A stretch of DNA of 64,000 nucleotides from an uncultured virus (IMG/VR IMGVR_UViG_3300028886_000081) (lineage: Duplodnaviria; Heunggongvirae; Uroviricota; Caudoviricetes): IMG/VR virus record IMGVR_UViG_3300028886_000081. One strand, written 5' to 3'. The position numbers were made by a program, and so were the translations under genes. This document shows positions 1 through 10,467 of the stretch, in pieces. Within the stretch, counting starts at the first letter, position 1, and each line of letters starts with the position of its first letter. Below the pieces are notes generated by a model that was not told where the DNA came from, made no database searches, and saw nothing but the letters and a program-made list of their open reading frames with translations.

Positions 1-214
1 TTGCACCTTCAAGATTTGCATTTGCGAAGCTTGCATTGTATAATTTAGCACCGTGAAGGTCAGCACCTTTAAGAGTTGCACAACTAAAGTCAGCATGACT
101 TAAATTTACTCCACGTCTAACTGCTTCTTCGACAGTATCTTTGAAGGTGTTACCTTCTTTGTCTAACTCGAAGATAACTTTGTCAGTTTTCCAATTTCTA
201 ATCTGAATTAGCAT
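1..214 (-). CDS. Pentapeptide repeat protein, 5' part (runs off window edge)
   Basis: Translates MLIQIRNWKTDKVIFELDKEGNTFKDTVEEAVRRGVNLSHADFS..; nt 1-127 identical to 2799-2925; promoter TACCTTTG upstream at ~238-245. Confidence 0.9.
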   Translation of the reverse strand, partial: MLIQIRNWKTDKVIFELDKEGNTFKDTVEEAVRRGVNLSHADFSCATLKGADLHGAKLYNASFANANLEGA

Positions 215-344
215 AACTTGTTTCTGTTTTAACAATGCAAAGGTATGACAATTTGCGATAATAAATAAATTTTAGACGTTAAATAGTGTTAATCCGAAAT
301 GTTTATTTAATTACCGTGATATTTATAAGAAAGATTTTTTTCTT

Positions 345-728
345 ATGGATAAGTTTCAGTTAAATAGATATATAAAAAACGTGGTTCGTGAATGTATTGA
401 GGAGATGTCAATTAGGAATCATGTAAGGGATATTATATCGGAAGAAGTACATAAAGTACTGTCAAAGAGAAGAATTAATGAATCGGAAGATGATGATGGT
501 GGTATTTCAATCAAAAGAAGAACTGTAATGGCTATGCTTAAGGATGATAAGTATGACCATGCTTACCTTGCATATAAGTTGTGGCATCCGAAGGATGACG
601 GTGAAAAAGATACATACCGTTCATTATTCTCAAAGAAGGCAAACGGAACACCGGATGCTGACGGTGCAATAAGGCATTTCTCTGATGATGAAATTACGAA
701 ACTCTATGAACTTATGAGGAAGAATTAA
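345..728 (+). CDS. Hypothetical protein with IxxVVRE/IISEEV..INES N-terminal motif (possible virion-internal protein)
   Basis: 127 aa ORF; TATTTAT motif at ~320 upstream. Confidence 0.75.
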   Translation: MDKFQLNRYIKNVVRECIEEMSIRNHVRDIISEEVHKVLSKRRINESEDDDGGISIKRRTVMAMLKDDKYDHAYLAYKLWHPKDDGEKDTYRSLFSKKANGTPDADGAIRHFSDDEITKLYELMRKN

Positions 729-752
729 AAAGAATTAAGATTTTTTTCTAAC

Positions 753-1172
753 ATGGTTAAAATATTAACAGAAGCACAAATTAAGTCAATCGTCAAAAAA
801 ACTTTAAATAGGATTTTGGAAAATTCAGATAAACCGAAAACAATCAGTCTAAACAATAGTCAGATTAGTATTTTGGTTGAGGAATTGCTTAATTATATTG
901 AACCTACATATTCAGACGGTTCAGACGGTTCAGTTGAAATCGTATTCGGAGATAATACGGTAACTTTTAATTTTGATTATTATTTTGATTATTCAGGACA
1001 TAGTGAAAAAGAGACCGGTGCATTTGTAATTGATGATACTGATTTTGAAATAAGTTTCAACGATGTATATATCTTTAACAATAAAACCGAAGAAGAAGAA
1101 ACATGCAGGCTTGATAAGGGAACGGAACAAATTATAAACAAGATAATTTACAAGGAAATCTCCCGAAACTAA
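753..1172 (+). CDS. Hypothetical protein with LTEAQIKSIVKKTLNRILE leader
   Basis: 139 aa ORF; leader resembles that of 27539..27898. Confidence 0.75.
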   Translation: MVKILTEAQIKSIVKKTLNRILENSDKPKTISLNNSQISILVEELLNYIEPTYSDGSDGSVEIVFGDNTVTFNFDYYFDYSGHSEKETGAFVIDDTDFEISFNDVYIFNNKTEEEETCRLDKGTEQIINKIIYKEISRN

Positions 1173-1194
1173 ATAAACTTCCGGTAATTGTTAA

Positions 1195-1611
1195 TTACCG
1201 GATTTCTTGCCTTTTAAGATTCTTTCTAAAATCCCATGATATTAGCCATACTGAAGCATTGTTAACCTCATCAATTCTGTCATGTAATGGTATGAACTTA
1301 AATCCGTTATCCTTAAAAGGTTTGAAAATTTCGTCAACATAGGGAACCATATCCTCGTCAAAGTCAACCATAGCATAATAGGAGTGGAATTTATCCTCGT
1401 TAGCATCCTCGTATATATTAGGAAACATACTCCTTTTTATTTCGAGTTCAATGTGGTTTTTGGCAACCTCAATATATTCTTCAAGTGAAGTTATATCACC
1501 ATACTTAGTTTTGAAATAAGCTTCCTGAGCAGTTAAAAGTTTTCTGTCCTTTTTCCAAGGAAAAAGCACCCGTTTGCAACATCTCAAAAAACCTTTGTTC
1601 TTATTTTCCAT
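1195..1611 (-). CDS. Hypothetical protein
   Basis: 138 aa ORF in tightly packed minus-strand run. Confidence 0.75.
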   Translation of the reverse strand: MENKNKGFLRCCKRVLFPWKKDRKLLTAQEAYFKTKYGDITSLEEYIEVAKNHIELEIKRSMFPNIYEDANEDKFHSYYAMVDFDEDMVPYVDEIFKPFKDNGFKFIPLHDRIDEVNNASVWLISWDFRKNLKRQEIR

Positions 1612-1624
1612 AAAAAAACTGATT

Positions 1625-2158
1625 TTAATTTAATTCAACATTATACACATTCTTTAGTTTCCAAAGCCTTTCTTCAATAGCATCTTCGCATGACTTTTTC
1701 GCATTTTCCAACATTTCTTCCTTAGTTGCTTTTTCAAATAACAGGTCATTCTCTGTAAAAAGCTTATCATCCATAATCATAAAGTAAGCTTCGCGTAAGC
1801 CGTTTGTGGTATTCCCATAAGGATTTATATCAGAACACAAAGTCGATAAACAACCGTTAACATTGTTAAACTTATAAGGAAAAATGTACATAACAGGATT
1901 CTCAGTCAGAGCATTATTTGCCTTTATGACCCTCCAATACGAATATAACAGATTGTTGACTGTATTGAAGTATTCGGCATAGTTTTCGTTATAACTGTTG
2001 TAGTACTTATTTATATCCTCCTTTATAAGCCTTACAGTATTGTAATTAGGAGATAATCTGAAAAGATGACTATAATCATTAACAATGTTGTTAAGAAGAT
2101 GTACCTCTTCCTCTTTAGGGAATGCTAACTTTTTAAGAAATATTGTTTCGTTTTCCAT
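1625..2158 (-). CDS. Hypothetical protein
   Basis: 177 aa ORF. Confidence 0.75.
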   Translation of the reverse strand: MENETIFLKKLAFPKEEEVHLLNNIVNDYSHLFRLSPNYNTVRLIKEDINKYYNSYNENYAEYFNTVNNLLYSYWRVIKANNALTENPVMYIFPYKFNNVNGCLSTLCSDINPYGNTTNGLREAYFMIMDDKLFTENDLLFEKATKEEMLENAKKSCEDAIEERLWKLKNVYNVELN

Positions 2159-2181
2159 AAAATTTCTTTTTGTTTTAATTT

Positions 2182-3012
2182 TTAATATTCTAAGGCTTCA
2201 TACTCATTCATGAAAAAATGTATACCATTTGAGCATTCATGCCAACGGCACTCGTCAAAGGAGTCAGGGTAAACATACTCACCAACTTTGTAGGTACAGG
2301 GCTTTTCGTTAATGTTAGTTATTTCATTAATTGTTTCTCCTGACTTCATATCTTTTATCTCAAGTACTTTAGCCTTTGAACAACGGCACTTACTCGTAGT
2401 AGATGAACTGCGTTTCGCATCTTCAGGTATCTCAAGTTTAACAATGAATTCTCTCTGATAGTTATATTTTTTCGAACGCCATATCTTTTTATACCCGATG
2501 AAACTGCCTTTATCAGGGCAAACCATAGGAAAATCGGGCATAATGGTATTATCCAAAATAACATTATCAAGCCATGCATATTTTATATTTGCACCACTAA
2601 GGTCAGCACCGCTAAGGTCAGCACCTTTAATGGTTGCACAAATTAAGTCAGCATCTGTAAGATTTGCATTTGTAATGTTTACAAGTTCAAGGTCAGCACC
2701 ACTAAGTTTTGAATCACGTAAGTCAGCACTACTCAAATCTGCACAACTAAGATTTGCGCCTATAATATTAGCAAAGGTTAAATCAGCACAACGAAGATTT
2801 GCACCTTCAAGATTTGCATTTGCGAAGCTTGCATTGTATAATTTAGCACCGTGAAGGTCAGCACCTTTAAGAGTTGCACAACTAAAGTCAGCATGACTTA
2901 AATTTACTCCACGTCTAACTGCTTCCTCTACAGTATCTTTGATGGTATTATTCTCTTTGTCTAACTCGAAGATAGTTTCAAATGTTTTCCAATTTTTAAT
3001 CTGAATTAACAT
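2182..3012 (-). CDS. Pentapeptide repeat protein with DUF5758-like C-terminal domain
   Basis: A(D/N)Lxx repeats followed by IVKLEIPEDAKRSS..KCRCSKAKV..ECSNGIHFF. Confidence 0.9.
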   Translation of the reverse strand: MLIQIKNWKTFETIFELDKENNTIKDTVEEAVRRGVNLSHADFSCATLKGADLHGAKLYNASFANANLEGANLRCADLTFANIIGANLSCADLSSADLRDSKLSGADLELVNITNANLTDADLICATIKGADLSGADLSGANIKYAWLDNVILDNTIMPDFPMVCPDKGSFIGYKKIWRSKKYNYQREFIVKLEIPEDAKRSSSTTSKCRCSKAKVLEIKDMKSGETINEITNINEKPCTYKVGEYVYPDSFDECRWHECSNGIHFFMNEYEALEY

Positions 3013-3029
3013 AAAAATGGTTTTATTCG

Positions 3030-3920
3030 TTAAACATGTACACCTCTGACAGATTGACCATAGGCACGGTAACTTCCATATGTGTATCTACCGATATTGT
3101 CCGCGACGAAGCTGCGCCCGATACGTGCATCCCAATTGTAGAGGGACGAAGTCCAAAAGAAACCGTTACTACCTACATTGCTGACACTACCTGTAAAACA
3201 GAAGCCTGAAGAGGGTAAGATAATGTAATTACCGTTAACTTTAGAAGTGAGTTTCATCACATTATGACCGGTACCCTTATAGTTTTCAATCCATTCCATT
3301 GAGGTGTTAGCCCTTAACTCCTTATACTCTTCTTCTGTCGGCATTCTCCAACCTTCACCCATATTCACGGTTGCTGCATCATCCTCAGGGTCTAACACTG
3401 TTTTACAGTGGGTTGAATTATACTTGGATAATTCATTTGTTTTACCGAACTTATAATCGGCCCATGTAAATGACTTACCACTGCTTGCATCGGGATAACC
3501 AACAGTTTCACCCCAAGCGAAGTACAGTCCGAAGTCTCCTTCCCTGAATGCACCCACATCGGTTTTACACCATTTCAATCCTGAAGGTAAACCTAAGTCC
3601 ACGTATTCATAGTTGTTGATGGTTATTTCTTCAGACTTCTTATCACCTTGCTTTTCAAGCCAAGCAAGTACTTTATCTTTTGTTAACAGATACTGATGCA
3701 GTGTTTCTCCTTTTATATCATTTATAAAAGAACACAGACGAACTCTAATATCCTCATCATCAGGTTCTTTAAGTTCGGTAAATATCCTCTCAAAATTCTC
3801 GTTAATTACGCCATCTTCCTCTATAACCCCTTCCTTAATCAGCATATCCCGTAGTTTACCTATTTCCTCCACGGCTATGTCATAGGCCTTTGCTTTTTCT
3901 TCTACAGTTTTATAATGCAT
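3030..3920 (-). CDS. Modular protein: EEKAKAYD/WLEKQG modules plus VDLGLPSG (FISUMP/CLec-like) domain
   Basis: EYVDLGLPSGLKW..YFAWGE..DDAAT..WRMPT..FWTSS..GQSVRGV. Confidence 0.8.
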   Translation of the reverse strand: MHYKTVEEKAKAYDIAVEEIGKLRDMLIKEGVIEEDGVINENFERIFTELKEPDDEDIRVRLCSFINDIKGETLHQYLLTKDKVLAWLEKQGDKKSEEITINNYEYVDLGLPSGLKWCKTDVGAFREGDFGLYFAWGETVGYPDASSGKSFTWADYKFGKTNELSKYNSTHCKTVLDPEDDAATVNMGEGWRMPTEEEYKELRANTSMEWIENYKGTGHNVMKLTSKVNGNYIILPSSGFCFTGSVSNVGSNGFFWTSSLYNWDARIGRSFVADNIGRYTYGSYRAYGQSVRGVHV

Positions 3921-3926
3921 GGCAGT

Positions 3927-4220
3927 TTATTTTTTATCTTTTTTGAAATATCTTACATTGAACTTTTTCTTTGTTTTCCGATATTCTGTTAATTCATCCA
4001 CGGAAACCGATAATTCTGTACATTTATTTTCAATTGACCTCAATCTGTCAAGTAATGCAGAATTTAGCTTGTAGTTGTTCTCCTGAGAAACATAATAAGA
4101 TTCATATGCCAACCCTAATATGACTGATAAGGACAACCATGCCAAAACAGTAAAAGATTCAATTGAAATAAAAGGTAATGTTATAAGAAGTGCAATAAGC
4201 AAAAATACTAATACTCGCAT
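3927..4220 (-). CDS. Hypothetical membrane protein
   Basis: Two hydrophobic N-terminal segments. Confidence 0.7.
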   Translation of the reverse strand: MRVLVFLLIALLITLPFISIESFTVLAWLSLSVILGLAYESYYVSQENNYKLNSALLDRLRSIENKCTELSVSVDELTEYRKTKKKFNVRYFKKDKK

Positions 4221-4224
4221 ATTT

Positions 4225-4605
4225 TTAAATAAATTGACTTTTATAGGAATTAATTCTTCTTCCGATAAGTTTATTTAAACGGATTCTCTCCTCTTCTAAA
4301 AAATTAGGATGTTCCTCAAAGAATTTCTCTCTTGTGTCCTTATATTCGCATATAACAGTTTTTGGGGTATTCTTCTCGATTATTTTCTGCAACTCCTTGA
4401 AAATCAAACCCTGATATACATAACCCTCTTCCTTTGTGTATTGTTCTAAGGAATCATTTACGGTAAACTGCTCGCGGATATTATATTTACGTGGAAAAAC
4501 TTCAGGGTCGAAATCCCATCTGTCCTTCAATATAAGGACAACCTGTTCTCCAAGTCCCTTCTCAATATATTGACTGAGAAGTCTAATTTTCTTTGTATTT
4601 GTCAT
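4225..4605 (-). CDS. Hypothetical protein
   Basis: 126 aa ORF. Confidence 0.7.
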   Translation of the reverse strand: MTNTKKIRLLSQYIEKGLGEQVVLILKDRWDFDPEVFPRKYNIREQFTVNDSLEQYTKEEGYVYQGLIFKELQKIIEKNTPKTVICEYKDTREKFFEEHPNFLEEERIRLNKLIGRRINSYKSQFI

Positions 4606-4764
4606 CTTTTATTTATATACCTTAATTAGTTCTTGTTGAGTCTGTTGTTGAAACAAACATTGAATGTGTTTTGTCGATAACGACATTTCCGATATCAATT
4701 ATCTTTGAGAAATTAGTCCAAAGAAGATATATCAGAATAAATGCTAAAAATAGTTTAAAAAGTT

Positions 4765-4959
4765 TCATTTTTCCTCCTCCTTTTTATATTCCTTTAACAT
4801 ATTTTCAGATGGATGATAAACTTCGATATCAGAATAGCATCCCTGACAGAAGTAAGTACTGATAAGTCGGTCATCTTCCTCAGGCATATCACCTTCTATT
4901 TCAGATAACATAAAATCCGACTGCCAAATAAGTTCTCCGTTGCAAATAGGGCATTTCAT
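4765..4959 (-). CDS. Small zinc-ribbon protein
   Basis: CPIC..CQGC. Confidence 0.7.
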   Translation of the reverse strand: MKCPICNGELIWQSDFMLSEIEGDMPEEDDRLISTYFCQGCYSDIEVYHPSENMLKEYKKEEEK

Positions 4960-4965
4960 TTTTTT

Positions 4966-5358
4966 TTACTTTGTTAAAAAATTAATAAATTCAATAGGCA
5001 GTGATATATTCTCAATATCCAAGGCTTCCCTGAAAAGAGGGGCTATTTCATTTGGCTCAAATCCGGCGATACCACAACCTATTAATGTCACGAGGAAATG
5101 ATATTCAGTATGTTCCTTTGCAAACTCAATAAAATCATCCACGTATGGCTTAATTGTGTCAACCCCACCTTGCATCGTAGGAATAGCATAACATCTGCCG
5201 GTCAAACCTACGCCAACTCCCCACTCAGCACCGAATTTCTTCCATGCAGTATAAGCAGCACCACCGCCGTGAAACCCATCCAAATTACTTCCGAATACAA
5301 ATATTTCGTTATCTTTTAATTCAGTAACTAATGTTGGTGTAATTCTGTTCTTTTCCAT
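4966..5358 (-). CDS. Macro-like phage protein (A1S_2505-type)
   Basis: EIFVFGSNLDGFHGGGAA..FGA..YAIPTM..VTLIGCGIAG; start moved to the ATG downstream of the promoter. Confidence 0.8.
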   Translation of the reverse strand: MEKNRITPTLVTELKDNEIFVFGSNLDGFHGGGAAYTAWKKFGAEWGVGVGLTGRCYAIPTMQGGVDTIKPYVDDFIEFAKEHTEYHFLVTLIGCGIAGFEPNEIAPLFREALDIENISLPIEFINFLTK

Positions 5359-5585
5359 AAGTTTCTTTTTCTTTTGTTTCTGCAAATATACGACAATTTT
5401 CAGTACTGTCGAAATTTACATGCTGAAAAAATGTTAAAGCATGCTATATTTATTTGTTATTTATCTGAAATGGGAGTACTTGAAGTCATATTGTTTGTTT
5501 ACCATGGGTATATATTAATACAGTATATACTAATCAGATTGTATTCCAAACGGGATAAAGGCATATATCTGAGTTATCAGCATTA

Positions 5586-5876
5586 TTAGCTGTTAACCTC
5601 GATAATTATATCTGCAAAGTCTGCAAGCTGTTCCAAACTTAGATTAGATAAATAATCGACTTCTCCGTTTCCGTTGTCAATTGACAAAGAATCATCTTCA
5701 GAAAAATAGTCAATAAAGTTTATTTTATGCGGATAACCGTTAATTGTCAGACCACCACAATCAAGGCTGAAAACCTTGTTATCAGATGTAAAACCGTTTG
5801 TTCTTACTATATCCTTAATAGCTGTGATAATTTCCAAACGGATGTCAAATAAACGTTCAGTAAATAATTTTTCCAT
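5586..5876 (-). CDS. Hypothetical protein
   Basis: 96 aa ORF. Confidence 0.7.
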   Translation of the reverse strand: MEKLFTERLFDIRLEIITAIKDIVRTNGFTSDNKVFSLDCGGLTINGYPHKINFIDYFSEDDSLSIDNGNGEVDYLSNLSLEQLADFADIIIEVNS

Positions 5877-5895
5877 AAAATTTATGTTTTATAAA

Positions 5896-6741
5896 TTAAT
5901 AGTTCAACGCCTCCTGTTCAGTCATGAAGAAGTGAATACCGGATGAGCACTCATGCCAACGGCACTCATCAAAGGAATCGGGGTAAACCATTTCTCCAAC
6001 TTTGTAAACACAAGGTTTTTTGAAAGTGTTGGTTATTTCCTCAATAGTTTCACCTGAGTCAATATCCTTTATTTCAAGCACTTTAGCCTTACTGCAACGA
6101 CATTTATTTGAAGTAGCTGAACTGCGTTTCGCATCTTCTGGTATTTCAAGTTTAACCATGAAACTTCTCTGACACTTATATTCCTCTGTCCCGTATATCT
6201 TTTTATACACTACGAAACGACCTTTCTCAGGACAAGTCATAGAGAAATCCGGCATAATAGTATTATCAAAGCATGCTCTGTCAAATGAACAGTATTCTAT
6301 ATTTGCGCCACGTAAATAAGAATCTGTTAAATTAGCACTACATAAATTACAATAACGTAAATCAGCACAACCAAGGTCAGCACCAGTAAGATTAGAACAA
6401 GATATGTTAGCACTACTAAGGTTAGTACCGAGTAAATTTGCTCCATGTAAATCAGCATGGGTAATATCTACGCGGGATAAGTCGGCACGGGTTAAGTCAG
6501 CACCGGATATATTTACGCTGTTAAGATTCGCCCAGTGTAAATGAGCACCACTTAAATCAGCACAACTAAGGTCGGCACTGTATAAGTCCACACCGCGTAA
6601 ATAAGCACAATGTAAATCTGCTTCATGTAAACTGATACCTTGCCTTACTGCTTCCTCTACCGTTTCTTTGATTGTGTTATTCTCCTTATCTGACTCAAAG
6701 ATAACCTCATCGGTTTTCCGTTTTTTAATCTGAATTAACAT
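5896..6741 (-). CDS. Pentapeptide repeat protein with DUF5758-like domain
   Basis: Paralog of 2182..3012. Confidence 0.9.
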   Translation of the reverse strand: MLIQIKKRKTDEVIFESDKENNTIKETVEEAVRQGISLHEADLHCAYLRGVDLYSADLSCADLSGAHLHWANLNSVNISGADLTRADLSRVDITHADLHGANLLGTNLSSANISCSNLTGADLGCADLRYCNLCSANLTDSYLRGANIEYCSFDRACFDNTIMPDFSMTCPEKGRFVVYKKIYGTEEYKCQRSFMVKLEIPEDAKRSSATSNKCRCSKAKVLEIKDIDSGETIEEITNTFKKPCVYKVGEMVYPDSFDECRWHECSSGIHFFMTEQEALNY

Positions 6742-6760
6742 AAAAAAACAGTTTTATTCA

Positions 6761-7735
6761 TTAAAGACGTACACCCCTGACAGCCTGACCGTCAAAACGA
6801 CTGTCATAGCCAATTAAACAACCATATCTGTTCAGACCTAAGCTTCGAGCATAACATCCATCCGACGTTCCCGTGGATGAAGTCCAAAAGTAACCATATC
6901 TGTTGTAAGCGAAAACACTATATGAACCACAGATACCTGAAACCGGAAATATAATATAATTACCGTTAATCTTAGAAGTAAGTTTCATTACATTGTGACC
7001 TGTATCTTCATAATCCTCTATCCACTCCCATGTGGTATTATCCATCAGTTCCTGACACTCTTCTTCTGTCGGCATTCTCCAACCTTTACCCATATTCACG
7101 GTTGCTGCATCATCCTCAGGGTCTAACACTGTTTTACCGTCAGCCTTGTTGTATTTGGATATTTTTTTTATGTCACCGAACTTGTAATCTTCCCATGTAA
7201 ATGCCTTACCACTGCTTGCATTAGGATAACCGTTTATTTCACCCCAAGCGAAATACAGTCCGAAGTCACCTTCCTTGAATGCTCCGACATCGGTTTTACA
7301 CCATTTCAATCCTGAAGGTAAACCTAAGTCCACATACTCGTATCCGGGTTTATATTCATCTGATAGTTCACCGTTTTCGTTAACAATACCCGATGATTTT
7401 AGGAACTGTGTTGCTGATTCCTTATTTTTGGTTACACATTCAGCAGTATGCTTAATAGCTGACTTATTATTTTGTTCTTCAGCATACTTTACAACATTAT
7501 AAGGTACACTATCTTTATTGAGTTTACTGATATAGTCCAAATACCATTCACCCTTTTTAATATCCTGCTCCTCACTGTTGTTTTCTTTTTCTCCCTTTCG
7601 GTAGTTGTATTTGTAGTGGTTAAGTACACACCAAATATATACACCTGTTTCACCGAATATATCAAGCATTTCCTCAATACATTCCTTCCTGCCTTCCTTA
7701 CTGTAGTGTGAAGGATGATTTACGTTTTCTGACAT
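6761..7735 (-). CDS. DUF3310-like domain fused to VDLGLPSG domain
   Basis: N-term VNHPSHY..ECIEEM..NHYKY..DIKKGEWY; C-term paralog of 3030..3920. Confidence 0.8.
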   Translation of the reverse strand: MSENVNHPSHYSKEGRKECIEEMLDIFGETGVYIWCVLNHYKYNYRKGEKENNSEEQDIKKGEWYLDYISKLNKDSVPYNVVKYAEEQNNKSAIKHTAECVTKNKESATQFLKSSGIVNENGELSDEYKPGYEYVDLGLPSGLKWCKTDVGAFKEGDFGLYFAWGEINGYPNASSGKAFTWEDYKFGDIKKISKYNKADGKTVLDPEDDAATVNMGKGWRMPTEEECQELMDNTTWEWIEDYEDTGHNVMKLTSKINGNYIIFPVSGICGSYSVFAYNRYGYFWTSSTGTSDGCYARSLGLNRYGCLIGYDSRFDGQAVRGVRL

Positions 7736-7805
7736 GATGCTATTATTATTTTGATATTATGTTGCAAAGATATGACAAATAAATGAATCAGACAATAAAT
7801 GTGTG

Positions 7806-8516
7806 TTAAACTTTGTTATCTCCCTTTAGTTTCTTTAAATCTTCGTATAATCCATTGAGCCGTTTTGAAACTTCCTGTTCAACCACGCTATCGCCTAACT
7901 TTACGTTCGCAATCCAATTCAGATAGTGCATCTGTTCATTAGTCGGCTTCCATGTGTATTTTGTTTTGAGGGATTTGAGCCATGCGGAAAGTTCAATTTT
8001 TACTTCCATGGACTCTTCTTTAGATTCGACTAAATCAATAAGCATGGAAATATTTTCTTTATCCTCTTCACTCCAAGCAGAGTTCTGTTCAATTTTCTTG
8101 TTTTTTTCCTCAACATCAATAGCAGATAATGAACCGTCAACCATAATCTCACGTATCTTCTCTAAAGGACTGCCTTCCTTATCTTCATATTGTGATAATA
8201 CGGTTGCTATCTTAAAAAGAGTTTCACCATAAACTTCCTGAACATCAGTTTCAGTTTTCTCTCCCTGACTTTCAAGCCATGCAATCCATCTATCACGTTT
8301 AAACGGAGATAAAATAATACTGTCCTCAGATTCTTTTAGTTCCTGTAGTATTTCTTTCCTAACTCTCTCGTATTCTGACTCTTTGAGTTGTGGGAAAACA
8401 TGTTCAAGTTCTTCTCTTGAACAGGAGCTACCTGAACCTAATAGCATCTCTATTTTTTTAACGGCTATATCATAGGCTTTTGCCTTTTCTTCAATACTAA
8501 GTTTTTTCATAAACAT
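7806..8516 (-). CDS. Modular family protein (EEKAKAYD / FPQLKESE / WSEED / WKPTNEQ)
   Basis: Motifs shared with 12358, 57533, 62421. Confidence 0.8.
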   Translation of the reverse strand: MFMKKLSIEEKAKAYDIAVKKIEMLLGSGSSCSREELEHVFPQLKESEYERVRKEILQELKESEDSIILSPFKRDRWIAWLESQGEKTETDVQEVYGETLFKIATVLSQYEDKEGSPLEKIREIMVDGSLSAIDVEEKNKKIEQNSAWSEEDKENISMLIDLVESKEESMEVKIELSAWLKSLKTKYTWKPTNEQMHYLNWIANVKLGDSVVEQEVSKRLNGLYEDLKKLKGDNKV

Positions 8517-8752
8517 AAAAAATGATATTTGTTAAGTTCATTTATTATCTTCTCATCTTTAGAATTTTCCCTAATCAGGAAAAGCAGTACATTATACAGT
8601 TTATCATCATCTGAATCACATATAAATTCAGAAATAATTACGCCTACTTCTTCATTTTCCAAAAGATGGACAGCAGTATTAATTGTTTTGCCGATTCCTT
8701 TTATAGGAAACTTCTCTCTGCATCTTCGTTTAGAACCTTCAGTTATTTTCAT
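8507..8752 (-). CDS. Hypothetical protein
   Basis: 81 aa ORF overlapping neighbours. Confidence 0.6.
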   Translation of the reverse strand: MKITEGSKRRCREKFPIKGIGKTINTAVHLLENEEVGVIISEFICDSDDDKLYNVLLFLIRENSKDEKIINELNKYHFLCL

Positions 8753-9111
8753 ATATGTGCAACCCTTTACAATCCAAGGCTAAATTCTTTTCAATCAGCC
8801 CAATGAAGTCGAAATGATGGGCAAGAAGCCAATCAAATGTCTCAAAAGAACTTACTAATACGCCATCCACAGTTACTAAATCGCTAAGAACAATGTATTT
8901 CTTCCTTAGTCATGCTTGACATTGGCCGGAGATATGGTTTTATAGTTTCTACCCAATATGGTAAATGGGGATATTTTCTGCTATATACATCCTCGTTTAA
9001 AACATAATGAAGTTCTTGTAATTCATCTTCAGATTCATCCTTAAACTTCACTCCGTAAGGTAATGCCATGCAGAGGTATTTCAAAAGTAGTTCTTTATTT
9101 TCCTGTGTCAT
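8739..9111 (-). pseudogene. Frameshifted KPYLRPMSSM-family gene
   Basis: After MTKEE the family C-terminus (FDWLLAHHFDFIGLIEKNLAL) continues in another frame. Confidence 0.7.
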
Positions 9112-9547
9112 TTCTTTTTCCGGTTTTAAATTCTTCAAAGGTAATATTCGGGTCTTGCTCTTCAAATGGATTCCAAGGGATATAATTTTTCTCTAAATAT
9201 TTATGCCATTCCTTCCAGTCCTTATAGAAATCCTTTATGTGCTTACCGTCAAATTCAGAATCGGTAACATTCAACCATAAATTACAGTATTCATCTAAAG
9301 GACAAAATCCGTCATAACTGAAATTGAATTCTTCTTTATATAAAGCATCTAATAAATTAACAATATCGTTAGGTTCTTCTAATAATATTTCCCTAATATA
9401 TCGTAAAGCATCGCCACGGTTATTTTTGCACCATTCTATTAGTTTATTATAGTGTTCTTTAGCCGCCGGGTCTGCTGAGCCATGTGCACTAAAAATGAAT
9501 GAAGAATGCCACTTGTTATATAAATCTAAAAATTCCTGCTTATCCAT
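9095..9547 (-). CDS. Hypothetical protein
   Basis: 150 aa ORF. Confidence 0.75.
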   Translation of the reverse strand: MDKQEFLDLYNKWHSSFIFSAHGSADPAAKEHYNKLIEWCKNNRGDALRYIREILLEEPNDIVNLLDALYKEEFNFSYDGFCPLDEYCNLWLNVTDSEFDGKHIKDFYKDWKEWHKYLEKNYIPWNPFEEQDPNITFEEFKTGKRNDTGK

Positions 9548-9893
9548 TTTTATTCTTCATGAAAAAATCTATTAATTCATCTTCGTTTTTAAATGATGAA
9601 ATAAATTCGTTTTTGATATCATCTATATTTTCAAACACTTTTTTGTATACTATTGTTTCTAAAGGATTTGTTTTAGAATTAATATTTACATTTTTGAAAA
9701 TTTTATTATAAATGTGATTACTTATTAATGAAATAATTGCCTGATTATATAAAATATCCGGAGTTATTCCGACCTTTTCAAATTCTTTTTGGGTTTTCTT
9801 TTTTCTAATATCTGCATACTTATTGATTTTGAATTCATTTATCAAATCAACATCAGTATCTTTAAGTTTTTCTGTTAATTCATCCCAAGTCAT
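9540..9893 (-). CDS. Hypothetical protein
   Basis: 117 aa ORF. Confidence 0.7.
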   Translation of the reverse strand: MTWDELTEKLKDTDVDLINEFKINKYADIRKKKTQKEFEKVGITPDILYNQAIISLISNHIYNKIFKNVNINSKTNPLETIVYKKVFENIDDIKNEFISSFKNEDELIDFFMKNKNG

Positions 9894-9897
9894 GACT

Positions 9898-10287
9898 TTA
9901 TTCCTTATAAGGATTATTATTTTCAGTTACCTCAATAGCCAAATCTTTGGGAATTAAATCCATGAAGTCGAAATGATGTTCAAGTAACCAACCAAATGAC
10001 TTAAGTGTTGGATAGTCAACAATTGACAGTGACTTAGTTAGGCTATATTCTTTTTTCTCTTCCTCAGTCATTGAAGATAATGGTCTAAGATAAGGTTTAG
10101 TACCGGCTATAACCGGATAGTATTGAATATCATTGAGGTCATTGTCAACTAACATAGAACCGTCAATTCCTATGTTAATTAGCTTAGATACTCCATAAAT
10201 TTCATTAAAGGTATCTAAAACCTTAACTCCATAAGGCAATGCCATAGAGAGGTATTTCAATAAAAGTTGTCTGCGTTCTTCTGACAT
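9898..10287 (-). CDS. KPYLRPxSSM-family hypothetical protein
   Basis: LLKYLSMALPYGV..KPYLRPLSSMTEEE..HHFDF. Confidence 0.8.
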   Translation of the reverse strand: MSEERRQLLLKYLSMALPYGVKVLDTFNEIYGVSKLINIGIDGSMLVDNDLNDIQYYPVIAGTKPYLRPLSSMTEEEKKEYSLTKSLSIVDYPTLKSFGWLLEHHFDFMDLIPKDLAIEVTENNNPYKE

Positions 10288-10467
10288 GCTATTCTCCTTT
10301 TTGTGCTTTAAGTTCTTTCAATTTAGGATAGTCAACCACAAATGAACAAGCACCATTACAAAGAACTATAGTACCAAAATATCTTGTGCAGGTATAAGGA
10401 TTTCCTGTTTGTCGTTCCCTCCACGGACATTCTTCAATCCTATCTTGAATTTCCTGTTCTGTCATTA

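Noticed and set aside
2498..2854. Plus-strand ORFs opposite pentapeptide genes (also 34124, 39770) and other antisense ORFs
   Set aside because: Shadow frames of repetitive or real genes
3030..7735. Complete DGR
   Set aside because: No reverse transcriptase or template repeat in the window
8739..9111. TAG reassignment (code 15) as in Lak-type phages
   Set aside because: The family C-terminus after this TAG lies in another frame, and TAG ends 62421..63215 where paralogs also end
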